From NCBI GenBank assembly GCA_045125595.1, contig JBGVNN010000040.1, forward strand, positions 6,735 through 70,734: a stretch of DNA of 64,000 bases. The letters are read 5' to 3'. The translations under genes and the position numbers were made by a program. The stretch is from Candidatus Egerieisoma sp. (lineage in GTDB: Bacteria; Bacillota; Clostridia; UBA1212; UBA1255). The stretch's first letter is position 1. Every line of letters begins with the position of its first letter. Positions 30,330 through 39,356 of this stretch are shown piece after piece. A model generated the notes under the pieces. The model had not been told where the DNA came from. It ran no database searches and saw only the letters and a list, made by a program, of their open reading frames with translations.

Positions 30330-31061
30330 TTAAATACCGCTTTTAACAAGCTCTTTGCGAAGTCTGCTTATAATTCTTTTTTCCAAACGAGAAATGTATG
30401 ATTGAGATATACCAAGCATATCGGCAACTTCTTTTTGTGTCATTTCCTCACCGTCAGAGAAGCCAAATCTCAAATCCATAATTTTTCGTTCTCTCGCAGA
30501 GAGCTTGTTTAATGCTGCATGCAGCATTTCCATTTCTGATTCATCTTCAATATCCCTTGAAACTATATCTTCATCACTGCTTAAAACATCAGAAAGCAGT
30601 AACTCATTACCTTCCCAATCAGCTTTCAAAGGTTCATCTATAGAAACCTCTGTTTTTTGCCTGCTGCACTTTCTTAAATACATAAGTATTTCATTTTCAA
30701 TACATCTTGAAGCATAAGTTGCAAGTTTTATATTTTTATTCGGTGCAAATGTATTAATTGATTTTATCAAACCTATTGTACCTATCGAAATTAAATCCTC
30801 TACATTTACATTTGTGTTCTCAAATTTCTTTGCTATGTACACCACAAGTCTCAAGTTATGCTCTATCAAAACAGATTTGACATCCATTGTAGAATCGTCA
30901 AAATGCTTCATTAAATAATTTTCTTCCTCCACTGTAAGAGGCGGCGGCAAACTTTCCGCACCACCAATGTAAAATATGCCTCCCGCAATACCGAGGCCGA
31001 GTTTCCGCATCAATTTAAGCCATTTCAATCTTAAGCAGATGCTGATTTTAGCTGTGAACAT
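30330..31061 (-). CDS. sigE: sporulation sigma factor SigE (pro-sigma-E)
   Basis: Pro-sequence [14 protein letters not shown], then [46 protein letters not shown] and [24 protein letters not shown]. Confidence 0.92.
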   Translation of the reverse strand: MFTAKISICLRLKWLKLMRKLGLGIAGGIFYIGGAESLPPPLTVEEENYLMKHFDDSTMDVKSVLIEHNLRLVVYIAKKFENTNVNVEDLISIGTIGLIKSINTFAPNKNIKLATYASRCIENEILMYLRKCSRQKTEVSIDEPLKADWEGNELLLSDVLSSDEDIVSRDIEDESEMEMLHAALNKLSARERKIMDLRFGFSDGEEMTQKEVADMLGISQSYISRLEKRIISRLRKELVKSGI

Positions 31062-31084
31062 TAAAAATTCCTCCCAAACTGTTA

Positions 31085-31933
31085 TTAAGCAATCATTTCC
31101 GGCGCCAAAAGCGCTTTATATTCTTCATTTTCAGACAAAACATCTGTACAAAGGCAAACCACAATGCCGTTTAATTCAATTATATTTTTATCATCATCGT
31201 CACCCCCTATTCGTACAACGTCCGCTCTGAATCCGGCAAGGATACCGTTTTCTGTACCTACGGCCTTATACGGCACAAGGCGCAACCTTTTGCCCCACTC
31301 TCCCTGTATGTATTCGGCTGTATTTTGCTTTATATAATCACATACTTCATACGGAATGATTTTCTCCACTGCTCCGATTTCGGCTACTATTACGGGCTTG
31401 CCGCTAAACGGGTCTTTCAGAGAGTTGCCCGTGTCGACCATAGCTTGAAGCCAAACTCCCGCGTCGGAATTTCCGTCAAATTGTATGTACACTTCTGCCG
31501 CAACGCTCGCGGCTTTTTGACGTTTCTTTACATGAGACATAATTACGTTTATTAATAAATAGCCCAAGCACACCGTAATCAATACATTGCCGGAAACACT
31601 TATGTTTCCCATATATAACGCAGCAAAAGATAAACCGGCAAAAACAAATGTAACAGCATAAAAAAACGCTGAAATTTTAAGAAAATCTTTTATATTTTTA
31701 GGAAAAAATGTCACATAAACCATGATTGCTGAAAGCAAAATTTTACCTGCAAGTGCAGTAAAAAAGGTTTTTATAAAGAGCGATAAAATTGCGTAAAGCG
31801 TGCCGATTGCGGCACCCGATACAAGTTTTATTTTCGAAGAGGCAAAGCCGGAAGCTTTTGACGAGATATGTAAGATTACATAATTCATAAGCATATTTTC
31901 TATAATCAATACATCTAAATAAACAACTTGCAT
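31085..31933 (-). CDS. spoIIGA: sigma-E processing peptidase SpoIIGA
   Basis: [21 protein letters not shown], five TM helices and the aspartic protease motif [11 protein letters not shown]. Start at 31933 with GGAGG upstream. Confidence 0.88.
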   Translation of the reverse strand: MQVVYLDVLIIENMLMNYVILHISSKASGFASSKIKLVSGAAIGTLYAILSLFIKTFFTALAGKILLSAIMVYVTFFPKNIKDFLKISAFFYAVTFVFAGLSFAALYMGNISVSGNVLITVCLGYLLINVIMSHVKKRQKAASVAAEVYIQFDGNSDAGVWLQAMVDTGNSLKDPFSGKPVIVAEIGAVEKIIPYEVCDYIKQNTAEYIQGEWGKRLRLVPYKAVGTENGILAGFRADVVRIGGDDDDKNIIELNGIVVCLCTDVLSENEEYKALLAPEMIA

Positions 31934-32060
31934 GCCATTGCCTCCTGCCTTTTTATATGTATAAATTATATGTAAAACTATCGACGAAATATGCCGCTTT
32001 AATGTCATATTGACAAGTTTTCAAAGCGTATAATGTAATAAATATACAAGAGGTGTTTTT

Positions 32061-32321
32061 GTGGGACGTGTCAGTTTATTTAAAAATAATGAAGTAGTTA
32101 ATCTTTCAGATGGGAGACGGCTCGGTTTTGTAAGCGACGCCGATATAAACTTTGAATCGGGTCGCTTGGAAGCCATAATGGTTGCCGGCGCAGGCAAACT
32201 TTTCGGCGCGCCGGCAAAGGATTCTGAACTTATTATACCTTTTGAAAAAATAAAAAAAATCGGTGATGATGTGATAATAGTAGATATCGAAGAAAGGGTT
32301 TTGAAATATTTGTTTAGATGA
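32061..32321 (+). CDS. ylmC: YlmC/YmxH family sporulation protein (PRC barrel)
   Basis: 86 aa with a GTG start. VVNLSDGRRLGFVSDADINFESGRLEAIMV matches the family. Confidence 0.8.
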   Translation: MGRVSLFKNNEVVNLSDGRRLGFVSDADINFESGRLEAIMVAGAGKLFGAPAKDSELIIPFEKIKKIGDDVIIVDIEERVLKYLFR

Positions 32322-32325
32322 AAAA

Positions 32326-32718
32326 TCAAACGCTTCTTTTATCAGGGAGTGAATAATCAACTTTTAATAAGTATAATACTGCGTTTGCTTTTTCTCTTAT
32401 TATTCTCCATTTATACGAGTTTATTATGGCCTCATCTGAAAAATCTCCAGGTTCAAGCTCTGAAATATATTCGTCTATGCTGATAATTTGTTTTAGTTCG
32501 TCAGGAAGGAAGGCATTCGCAGCTTCACTGGCACCAATATTTTTATACATTAGTAGCCAATCACCTAATGAATTTGCGATTTCATCTCCTTTACAAACAA
32601 AATCAGGAAAACAAGAAAGTTGAACTTCACCCTCACTGGCAAGAAGTTTAATGCTTTCAATTATACGATTTTTTAAAATCTCTATCTCTGATATAGATGT
32701 TTTCTTTTTCCTTAACAT
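32326..32718 (-). CDS. 130-aa acidic cytoplasmic protein, immunity-protein-like by context
   Basis: Start moved to MLRKKKTSIS (ATG 32718), with GGAG 7 nt upstream inside the end of the LRR gene and 4 nt between the LRR stop and this ATG. No signal peptide and no recognised family. Confidence 0.5.
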   Translation of the reverse strand: MLRKKKTSISEIEILKNRIIESIKLLASEGEVQLSCFPDFVCKGDEIANSLGDWLLMYKNIGASEAANAFLPDELKQIISIDEYISELEPGDFSDEAIINSYKWRIIREKANAVLYLLKVDYSLPDKRSV

Positions 32719-32722
32719 ATCT

Positions 32723-33676
32723 TTACTCCAAACGTCTCCAACTTTCAATCGATTCGTTTCCTCTTACATATTTTACTTTCGGAAGGTCTTTATCCTTAAT
32801 ATTATAGTGTTTTCGATTTTTCATTGAATACACATAGGATAAACCCATGCAAGGAGACAAATCACCATTCTTAACATTTACACTAAAGAGAAATGTCTTA
32901 AGATTTTTCATCATTTTAAGAAAGTTCAAATCAGGTATTTCATTACTACCTGAAAGTTCTAATAATTCCAGGTTATCTAATTCTCCTAAGACGGAAAAAT
33001 CTTCAATTTTAGGGCAATTTTCAATACGTAACATTTTTAGTGTTTTTTTTACTTTTTGTAATGCACTAATATCCTTTAGATATCTGTTATAGTCTAAATA
33101 TATGCATTGCATTTTTTCTGATTTCTGTATTCCATCTAAAGATTTTATTTTGCTTTGAAAAATCGAAATAGTATCTATAATCGGACTATTAAATGCCTCA
33201 TTTAAATCATCTTTTTTATAATTGGATATCCCAAAGCTTTTCAAAGTTTTAACTTCATTAAAATTTTTATATTCTTGATTTGTCACATGAATATCTTCAA
33301 GTCCTTTGATTTTTGCGCAATCAATACTGGTAGAAAATTCCTCTCTAAAACCATACACCGTCTGACAAATTAGCTGCTTTATTTGTGGCATTTTGTATAA
33401 CGGAGAATAATCAAACCCATCACCTGCACTATCCGCAGGAATAATTCTCAAATATTTTAAAGTTGGACAACTTGTAATAAAATCAATACTATCAGCAATT
33501 ATCAACGCTTTTTCTATCTTATTTGTATTAATAAAATCAATTTGTTTTTCCAAGCTATATATTGAACCTCTTATTAAAGGAGAGAAACACGCTACATCTT
33601 GAGGATACTTTATAATAATAGCATTATAAACATTCCCAGGATAAGTGATTGCCGTAAAAGCAAAACCATCTCTCAT
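32723..33676 (-). CDS. cytoplasmic leucine-rich-repeat protein
   Basis: Start moved to MRDGFAF (ATG 33676) with AAGGAGA 7 nt upstream. LRR-like periodicity in LKMLRIENCPKIEDFSVLGELDNLELLELSGSNEIPDLNFLKMMKNLKTF. No signal peptide. Very AT-rich. Confidence 0.65.
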   Translation of the reverse strand: MRDGFAFTAITYPGNVYNAIIIKYPQDVACFSPLIRGSIYSLEKQIDFINTNKIEKALIIADSIDFITSCPTLKYLRIIPADSAGDGFDYSPLYKMPQIKQLICQTVYGFREEFSTSIDCAKIKGLEDIHVTNQEYKNFNEVKTLKSFGISNYKKDDLNEAFNSPIIDTISIFQSKIKSLDGIQKSEKMQCIYLDYNRYLKDISALQKVKKTLKMLRIENCPKIEDFSVLGELDNLELLELSGSNEIPDLNFLKMMKNLKTFLFSVNVKNGDLSPCMGLSYVYSMKNRKHYNIKDKDLPKVKYVRGNESIESWRRLE

Positions 33677-33725
33677 TATATATCTCCTTGAAAAAACACT
33701 ACTATCTGTTATTACTTCATTTATA

Positions 33726-36700
33726 TCAATCACCAAAATACCTCCTTCCAGGGCTCCAAATCTTGTTGTATGTGAGACTTTCAAGCTGTCGTCCTTTGCC
33801 CCAATTGAAATAGTATCCTGACGTGTTGCTTCCATTTTTAAGCGAACGAAGATTACCTATCTCATCATACGTGAAATACCTTGTCCCGTATGCAGTCAAC
33901 AAATCTTTCCAGGTACCGTCTGTGTAGGCATACTGTTTTGTTGTCGAGCCTGTTATCGCCCCGGTCGCAACCGTATACGTTGACTCTGTCTTGCTTAATA
34001 TGTTGCCACACAAATCATATTCAAAGTCATACTGTTTACCTGTCGTTGCTCCCGGTTCAATTATAATCTCTCTTGTCATTTGTTGCAAGTCATCATACGT
34101 ATATTTTCGTACAAGGACATTATTTTTGTATATTTCCGTTATATTATTGCAATCATCATATACATATGAGTATTGCGAGTTCGTTACATTCAACGTAACT
34201 TTATCAATAGTATCACTTGTGGTGTTGGCGCCATTTCCGTTGCTGTACTCGTATGTACTGCCTGCATATACAGAATTGCCGGTGCTGTTTTTGACAATAA
34301 TTCCCGTAACTCTCTCCAAATGGTCATGCATGTACTCCACTTTGGCACCGTTCGGCATATTTACACTTTCTACTATGTCAGAAAACTCTTTGTACGAAAG
34401 ATGATAACTGCGTGGCACTTCTCCGTAAATATATGTTGTTTTAGATGCTCTGCCATATTGGTCAAAGGTGTTTTCTACCGAAAGAATATCTCCCTCTGCA
34501 TCCGTTTCTCTCATTCGTATGAGTCTGCCCAAAGTGTCATATTCTGAGATATATGAGATGCCGTTAGCTAAATCCTTTGTACAATACAAGTCACCATTAT
34601 TGTTATAGATGTACTCATACGTTTTTACTCCGTTATAGCTTACTGCAATAAGTCTGCCGAGTTTGTCATAATCATACTCTACATAATCACCGTTGCCATA
34701 ATCCATTTTCGTCACATATTTACCGGAAGTACTGTATGTATAACTTGCAAGCGGTGTTGTACGTCCATCCACTTTGATTTGTGTAGTGTCACCAAATTTA
34801 TTATATGTAAATGCATATCTCACATTGCCTTTGTTAATTTGCATGAGCAAATTTTGGTTATATGTATACTCAACAAAGGCTTCATTTGCATCGGCAACAC
34901 CATCATTATCTTTATCTTGAATTACTTGTGACAACAATCCGGTGTTCCAATAGTTATATGACCTTCTGCCTGCAGGAGAAAGTGTAGATAAAAGAACTCC
35001 ATTATTGTAGTTATATGTATTTGTTGTTATTTTACCTTTTGAATCTGTAACAGAGGTCAAATAATTACCTTTGTCGGAGTATTCATAACTGTTTGTGTAA
35101 GTAGTACCGCCGTTTGTATTGCTTGCCGTGGTTTCGGTAACATTTCCGTATATGTCGTATTCATAAGAAACTTTTACATTGTTTTTATTTGTTATGCTCA
35201 AAACATCTGCTTTCACGCCTTCTTCTGAGTCTGCATATATAAAAGTATATTCATCTCCATTCGGAAGAACTGATTTTAACAAATCAAGATTATTTGATGC
35301 ATAAGTAAGCATCGAATTTCCTGTTGCAGTGGAAACTGTTTTCACGTTACCTTCATCATCATATGTATAACACTGAGCCGGCTCAAGTGTAAGAGAAAAA
35401 TCCCCTACATATGAATTATTCGCATTGTTGTTATATGTACAGCCTATTGTAATATAATCAACTGTCTTAGATGCATTCGGTACAATAGGGATTGTAACAA
35501 ACTGCTTACTCCTGTTTTGAGTATTAATATCATGTTTTTTGGTACCGCTTGTGCCGTCTGTATAGTGCAAGGTACATTCCACACTGAAAGTTCTTTCTAT
35601 ACTTTCATTTATCGGATCTGTTCCTGTTCTTACAGAATTTGACTCTGCCCAAAAAGAAAGTGTATATGTATCTGTACCGGGTCTGTCAACCTCAATATTT
35701 TGAGAAAATGAAGATTTATTGTTGTTTCCTTTAGTTGTATCTCCTTGCATTTTCCATGCTTTTTTTATTGAGTAAGACGATTCGCTATATGTACTGTTAT
35801 TGCTTGTTACACCGGGTGAAGTTGTAGCTTTTTCAACCAAGTTATACTTACCGGGTGCTTTACCCTTTTCAAGTTGAAAACAGTCAACATATACTGTTCC
35901 CGTACCTGTGCCATCAATATATAAAAAGTATATTCCCGGCAAAGTTATCTCTACTGTGAAATATATACGTTGCCAACCGTTTTCTATTTCTGTATTTGTT
36001 GTTCCCAAAGGGAAATATATCCTGCTGTTTTCTATTATTCCCGCAATCGATGACCACAGATAAAATCCTGCTGTTCCTGTTACATTAACACTCTTTACAT
36101 ATGCAGAGAAACAATACGTACCGGCTTCATTTATACTGACGCTTCCACAAGAAGAATTGCCCGAAAGCTCTACTTTCAAAGAACGCTCACCTAAATATGC
36201 ATCACTCGTTGTATAAGACATACCTGTAACTAACGGGAACATATATGTATTCCCTGCTTCTTCAAAGCTTGGGTGCAAATACAAATTCTCTGACGAAACA
36301 TTTTTAATTGCTGCTTCTGATACTGTGTGATGTTTTTTAGTACCCTCTGCATTGTTATATGCTGTAGCCGCTGAGCCTAAAACGTTTCCGTAGTAATCAG
36401 TTACATAACTGCTTATTACTCTGCCATAATTATCACAACTATAAATTGTATATGTATCATTTGTAGAATCAGAGGCAGAGTCCTTTCCCCAATGTCTGAA
36501 TCTGACTGTCTTATCTCCATATTTGTATGCAGAGGTTTTATTCTCATCGGAGACATCTTTTAATTGTATTATGTTAGTTACACAACCACGCGAATCATAT
36601 AAAAAGCGAATCATTTCGTCATTAAGAGATGAATTTACAGAACGAAGTCTGCCATTTGTATCATATTCCATCTCTACTGTATTTACTAATGTTTCAGTAC

Positions 36701-38909
36701 CTGATATACGACTGTAATAGTTAAGACTTGTTAAAAGGTTATTCGTATATCCCATTGTAACCTTGTTGGTATCATTATCACTACCGCACACAAAATTGAT
36801 TCTGTTTCCTGTAAAAGATAATATCACAGGCATATCAAACGTAGTCTGCCCTGCGGCGTATTCCATAATTGAAATTATGTTTATACCATTATACCCGAAA
36901 ACCTTTTTATTTCCGTATTTATCTTCTATATGAGATATCAAACCTAAATTGTTAAATTCTTTCTTTATACCCTCTGGATTCACCATTACATAGGTCGTAC
37001 CTGTTTTTGTTATTGTATAATCAAGTCCGTCTTCACTTACAAATTTGCCGTTATTATCTTTGTCATAATAATAATGTTCTGTACCGTCAGCATCTTCATG
37101 AACATAATATAATCTTCCCGATATTGTCTTTTCATATATTTTCTCGGTCAAATTTAATCTTGTACCATTCCCTAACGTAACCTTATCTTCATTTGCCCAA
37201 GAACTGTTATATACCGCAGAAAAATTCACAGGCAAAATATTTCCCGGTGTTTCATACAAATTGTATACAAACGTCAAATTCCTGTTGAACACATTAACAT
37301 ACGCTGTACCTATGTTACTGAAATTAAAGCTCTCATATGTCCAATAATCCTCAAGACCTTTACTATCTCTGTAAGAAATAATCAACCTTGGTATCATAGT
37401 AGAATTTGCATTGTCTGACGAAGCAAGTCTTACATTCATATCCACCGATAAAGAATGATTTTTATCACCCATCAACACAATACCATTATTTGCCAACGTA
37501 CCGTCATACCACTTTTGTACAGTAGATGTTATATCCCAATTAAGAAACGTATTATTTGTATTACTTCCCGTTGTTACATAATCAAGAATTGTACTGTTAT
37601 AGGATGGTTGGTTGTTCCAAGTAATTGTCGACGAATCCCAACTACCCAACACCTCTCTTGCTGTTACTACAAGTCCGTTTGTACCGCTGTATCCCGGACT
37701 ATATGCAGGCATTTGATAATAATATAAAAGAGCTTGAGTTATAATCGAAGATGTTGGAAGCTCCGGTAAATTATTATACTTTGTATATACTCTCTCATTC
37801 TTTATGCTTGAAGCGCAATCATATCCGAGATATAAGATATCTGCACTGTTATATACATTTGTATTAGGAGCACCTTCTTTTATATAATTGTCTCTAACAT
37901 CTGTTGCCAGACCTTCTTTTATTAAAACGGGGTCTATAGTTACAGGGAATACCCTGCTTTCCTCTTCTATCCATTCTTTATCAGCTGTTACAGTAAGTAA
38001 ATATTGATTATTACCGTTATCTGATTTTATTTCATAACGAACCTCCTCTGATATTTCTCCTTTATTATCATACATATACGGAGTAGGTATCAAATATATC
38101 TCTTCATCACTTTCGCTGTCTAACAAACTTATACTATTGTCATCATTGCAAACAGGAATGAGATTCTTCAATTTTAAGGTAAATGTATAGGAGTATTTAT
38201 CGGCTTTTTCATTAACTATAATATTTTCTTTTACTGTCGTACCATTCAATATATACTCCAAGTCAACATCATTCCACAAATCAAAATATGTAATCTTTGA
38301 AGTTGTATTTTCCAAAATTGAAGCATCTTCAATTTTAAGCTTGTTCGATTTTTTATCTGTTTCTGCTGAATTTTCTGCAATAACAGCCTCAACCTTATTG
38401 GGAGTAACATCGCCTTTTTTGTACGCTCCTACAAAAATACTGTATTCTCCGTCTTTTACTCTATATAAATAGTTTGAATTACTTTTTTGAGAAAATTTAA
38501 CTTTTACATTATTCTTTTTATTTTCTACGCCTTTAATGCCATCTTCTTTTTCATCGCTTGTACACAGATTATTGTCTATATCTTGCCACAAACCATTTTC
38601 ATCAAGATAGTGAACGGCTTCCTCATATGTCGCAACTGCATATGAGCCATTTGACAATCTAAAATGTTTTTCTGTTTCAGTTCTAAGTGATGTTTCTTCT
38701 CCCAAGACATAAACAGCTTCGTCGTCTTGCTCCGCATCAAACAAAACTTTACTGTCAGTCTGTGAATTTTCACTGCTTGATTGAGTTACGGTATCATCTT
38801 GTAAAAGATTTCCTATTGCAATCACAGGTAAAGCTTCTACAAAAATCATCACAACTAACATCATAGAAATAAATCTTGAAATAAAAAATCCATTTGTTTT
38901 CTTTAACAT
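33726..38909 (-). CDS. Sec-secreted Rhs/YD-repeat protein lacking RHS core and toxin domain
   Basis: 1727 aa. Signal peptide, a DNRLRE-like domain (ITWNNQPSY, WDITSTVQKWYDG), many YD repeats (YEYDIYGNVTE, YDYDKLGRL, YTYDDEGNV) and two CBM-like modules. It ends ...FNWGKGRQLESLTYN plus 12 unrelated residues. Confidence 0.85.
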   Translation of the reverse strand: MLKKTNGFFISRFISMMLVVMIFVEALPVIAIGNLLQDDTVTQSSSENSQTDSKVLFDAEQDDEAVYVLGEETSLRTETEKHFRLSNGSYAVATYEEAVHYLDENGLWQDIDNNLCTSDEKEDGIKGVENKKNNVKVKFSQKSNSNYLYRVKDGEYSIFVGAYKKGDVTPNKVEAVIAENSAETDKKSNKLKIEDASILENTTSKITYFDLWNDVDLEYILNGTTVKENIIVNEKADKYSYTFTLKLKNLIPVCNDDNSISLLDSESDEEIYLIPTPYMYDNKGEISEEVRYEIKSDNGNNQYLLTVTADKEWIEEESRVFPVTIDPVLIKEGLATDVRDNYIKEGAPNTNVYNSADILYLGYDCASSIKNERVYTKYNNLPELPTSSIITQALLYYYQMPAYSPGYSGTNGLVVTAREVLGSWDSSTITWNNQPSYNSTILDYVTTGSNTNNTFLNWDITSTVQKWYDGTLANNGIVLMGDKNHSLSVDMNVRLASSDNANSTMIPRLIISYRDSKGLEDYWTYESFNFSNIGTAYVNVFNRNLTFVYNLYETPGNILPVNFSAVYNSSWANEDKVTLGNGTRLNLTEKIYEKTISGRLYYVHEDADGTEHYYYDKDNNGKFVSEDGLDYTITKTGTTYVMVNPEGIKKEFNNLGLISHIEDKYGNKKVFGYNGINIISIMEYAAGQTTFDMPVILSFTGNRINFVCGSDNDTNKVTMGYTNNLLTSLNYYSRISGTETLVNTVEMEYDTNGRLRSVNSSLNDEMIRFLYDSRGCVTNIIQLKDVSDENKTSAYKYGDKTVRFRHWGKDSASDSTNDTYTIYSCDNYGRVISSYVTDYYGNVLGSAATAYNNAEGTKKHHTVSEAAIKNVSSENLYLHPSFEEAGNTYMFPLVTGMSYTTSDAYLGERSLKVELSGNSSCGSVSINEAGTYCFSAYVKSVNVTGTAGFYLWSSIAGIIENSRIYFPLGTTNTEIENGWQRIYFTVEITLPGIYFLYIDGTGTGTVYVDCFQLEKGKAPGKYNLVEKATTSPGVTSNNSTYSESSYSIKKAWKMQGDTTKGNNNKSSFSQNIEVDRPGTDTYTLSFWAESNSVRTGTDPINESIERTFSVECTLHYTDGTSGTKKHDINTQNRSKQFVTIPIVPNASKTVDYITIGCTYNNNANNSYVGDFSLTLEPAQCYTYDDEGNVKTVSTATGNSMLTYASNNLDLLKSVLPNGDEYTFIYADSEEGVKADVLSITNKNNVKVSYEYDIYGNVTETTASNTNGGTTYTNSYEYSDKGNYLTSVTDSKGKITTNTYNYNNGVLLSTLSPAGRRSYNYWNTGLLSQVIQDKDNDGVADANEAFVEYTYNQNLLMQINKGNVRYAFTYNKFGDTTQIKVDGRTTPLASYTYSTSGKYVTKMDYGNGDYVEYDYDKLGRLIAVSYNGVKTYEYIYNNNGDLYCTKDLANGISYISEYDTLGRLIRMRETDAEGDILSVENTFDQYGRASKTTYIYGEVPRSYHLSYKEFSDIVESVNMPNGAKVEYMHDHLERVTGIIVKNSTGNSVYAGSTYEYSNGNGANTTSDTIDKVTLNVTNSQYSYVYDDCNNITEIYKNNVLVRKYTYDDLQQMTREIIIEPGATTGKQYDFEYDLCGNILSKTESTYTVATGAITGSTTKQYAYTDGTWKDLLTAYGTRYFTYDEIGNLRSLKNGSNTSGYYFNWGKGRQLESLTYNKIWSPGRRYFGD

Positions 38910-38948
38910 AATTTTATCCTCCCAAAAATAATATTATATATAATTCGG

Positions 38949-38977
38949 ATTTTATGATATATATACTGTTATGTCAA
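38949..38977 (-). promoter_or_regulatory. sigma-A type promoter of the Rhs gene
   Basis: The minus strand reads TTGACA (38977..38972), a 17-nt spacer, then TAAAAT (38954..38949). GGGAGGA RBS lies 7 nt before the ATG at 38909. Confidence 0.55.
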
Positions 38978-39291
38978 CGATAAATTTTAACGAATATTTA
39001 TATTATTTTTAGATATATTATATTTATTAATTAGTTATTTCTGTATTTTATCGTAAAATAAAGGATGAATAATTTGTGAACAACGCAAAAAAGCAAATTT
39101 TAAAGCTATTTTTTGATTATAAAATTTTTAAAGAATTGAAGGGAGTTTTATACAAAAAACATCCAATAAATGCAAAATTGTTAATTTTCAGCGAGCATAA
39201 ATCATCCGGATATTTTTGCCAATTTTCCGAACATAGAAAAAGTATCGAATTTTTAAGATCGTATTCTTACCCCGAAAAAATTTTTAACTCA

Positions 39292-39329
39292 ACACAAAAA
39301 AGCCCCCTGCTATTTAAGCAAGGAGCTTT
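39292..39329 (-). terminator. rho-independent terminator after pnp
   Basis: The minus strand reads AAAGCTCCTTGCT-TAAAT-AGCAGGGGGCTTT (13 bp including two G-U pairs), followed by TTTTTGTG. Confidence 0.65.
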
Positions 39330-39356
39330 ATAAAAATCGCTATCTTATCTTATTTA

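Noticed and set aside
31934-32060. Spo0A box and sigma-A promoter in the divergent spoIIGA/ylmC intergenic region
   Set aside because: The only 0A-box-like sequences (CGACGAA, 5 of 7 to TGTCGAA) are weak. The TTGACA/TATAAT pair on the plus strand has a 13-nt spacer, too short to call a promoter.
33677-33835. N-terminal extension of the LRR ORF overlapping the Rhs 3' end by 110 nt (possible frameshift fusion of Rhs to the LRR protein)
   Set aside because: The extension (MEATRQDTISIGAKDD...) has no YD-repeat character. An internal ATG at 33676 has a strong AAGGAGA RBS. The overlap is most simply ORF over-extension, not a programmed or accidental frameshift.
32326-39000. Mobile element or prophage boundaries around the Rhs island
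   Set aside because: No integrase, transposase, tRNA target or flanking direct repeats could be found by eye. The island is inferred only from composition and gene content.
39076-39333. 85-aa GTG-start ORF upstream of the Rhs gene
   Set aside because: It has no RBS and an AT-rich low-complexity translation. Its 3' end contains the pnp terminator hairpin on the opposite strand.
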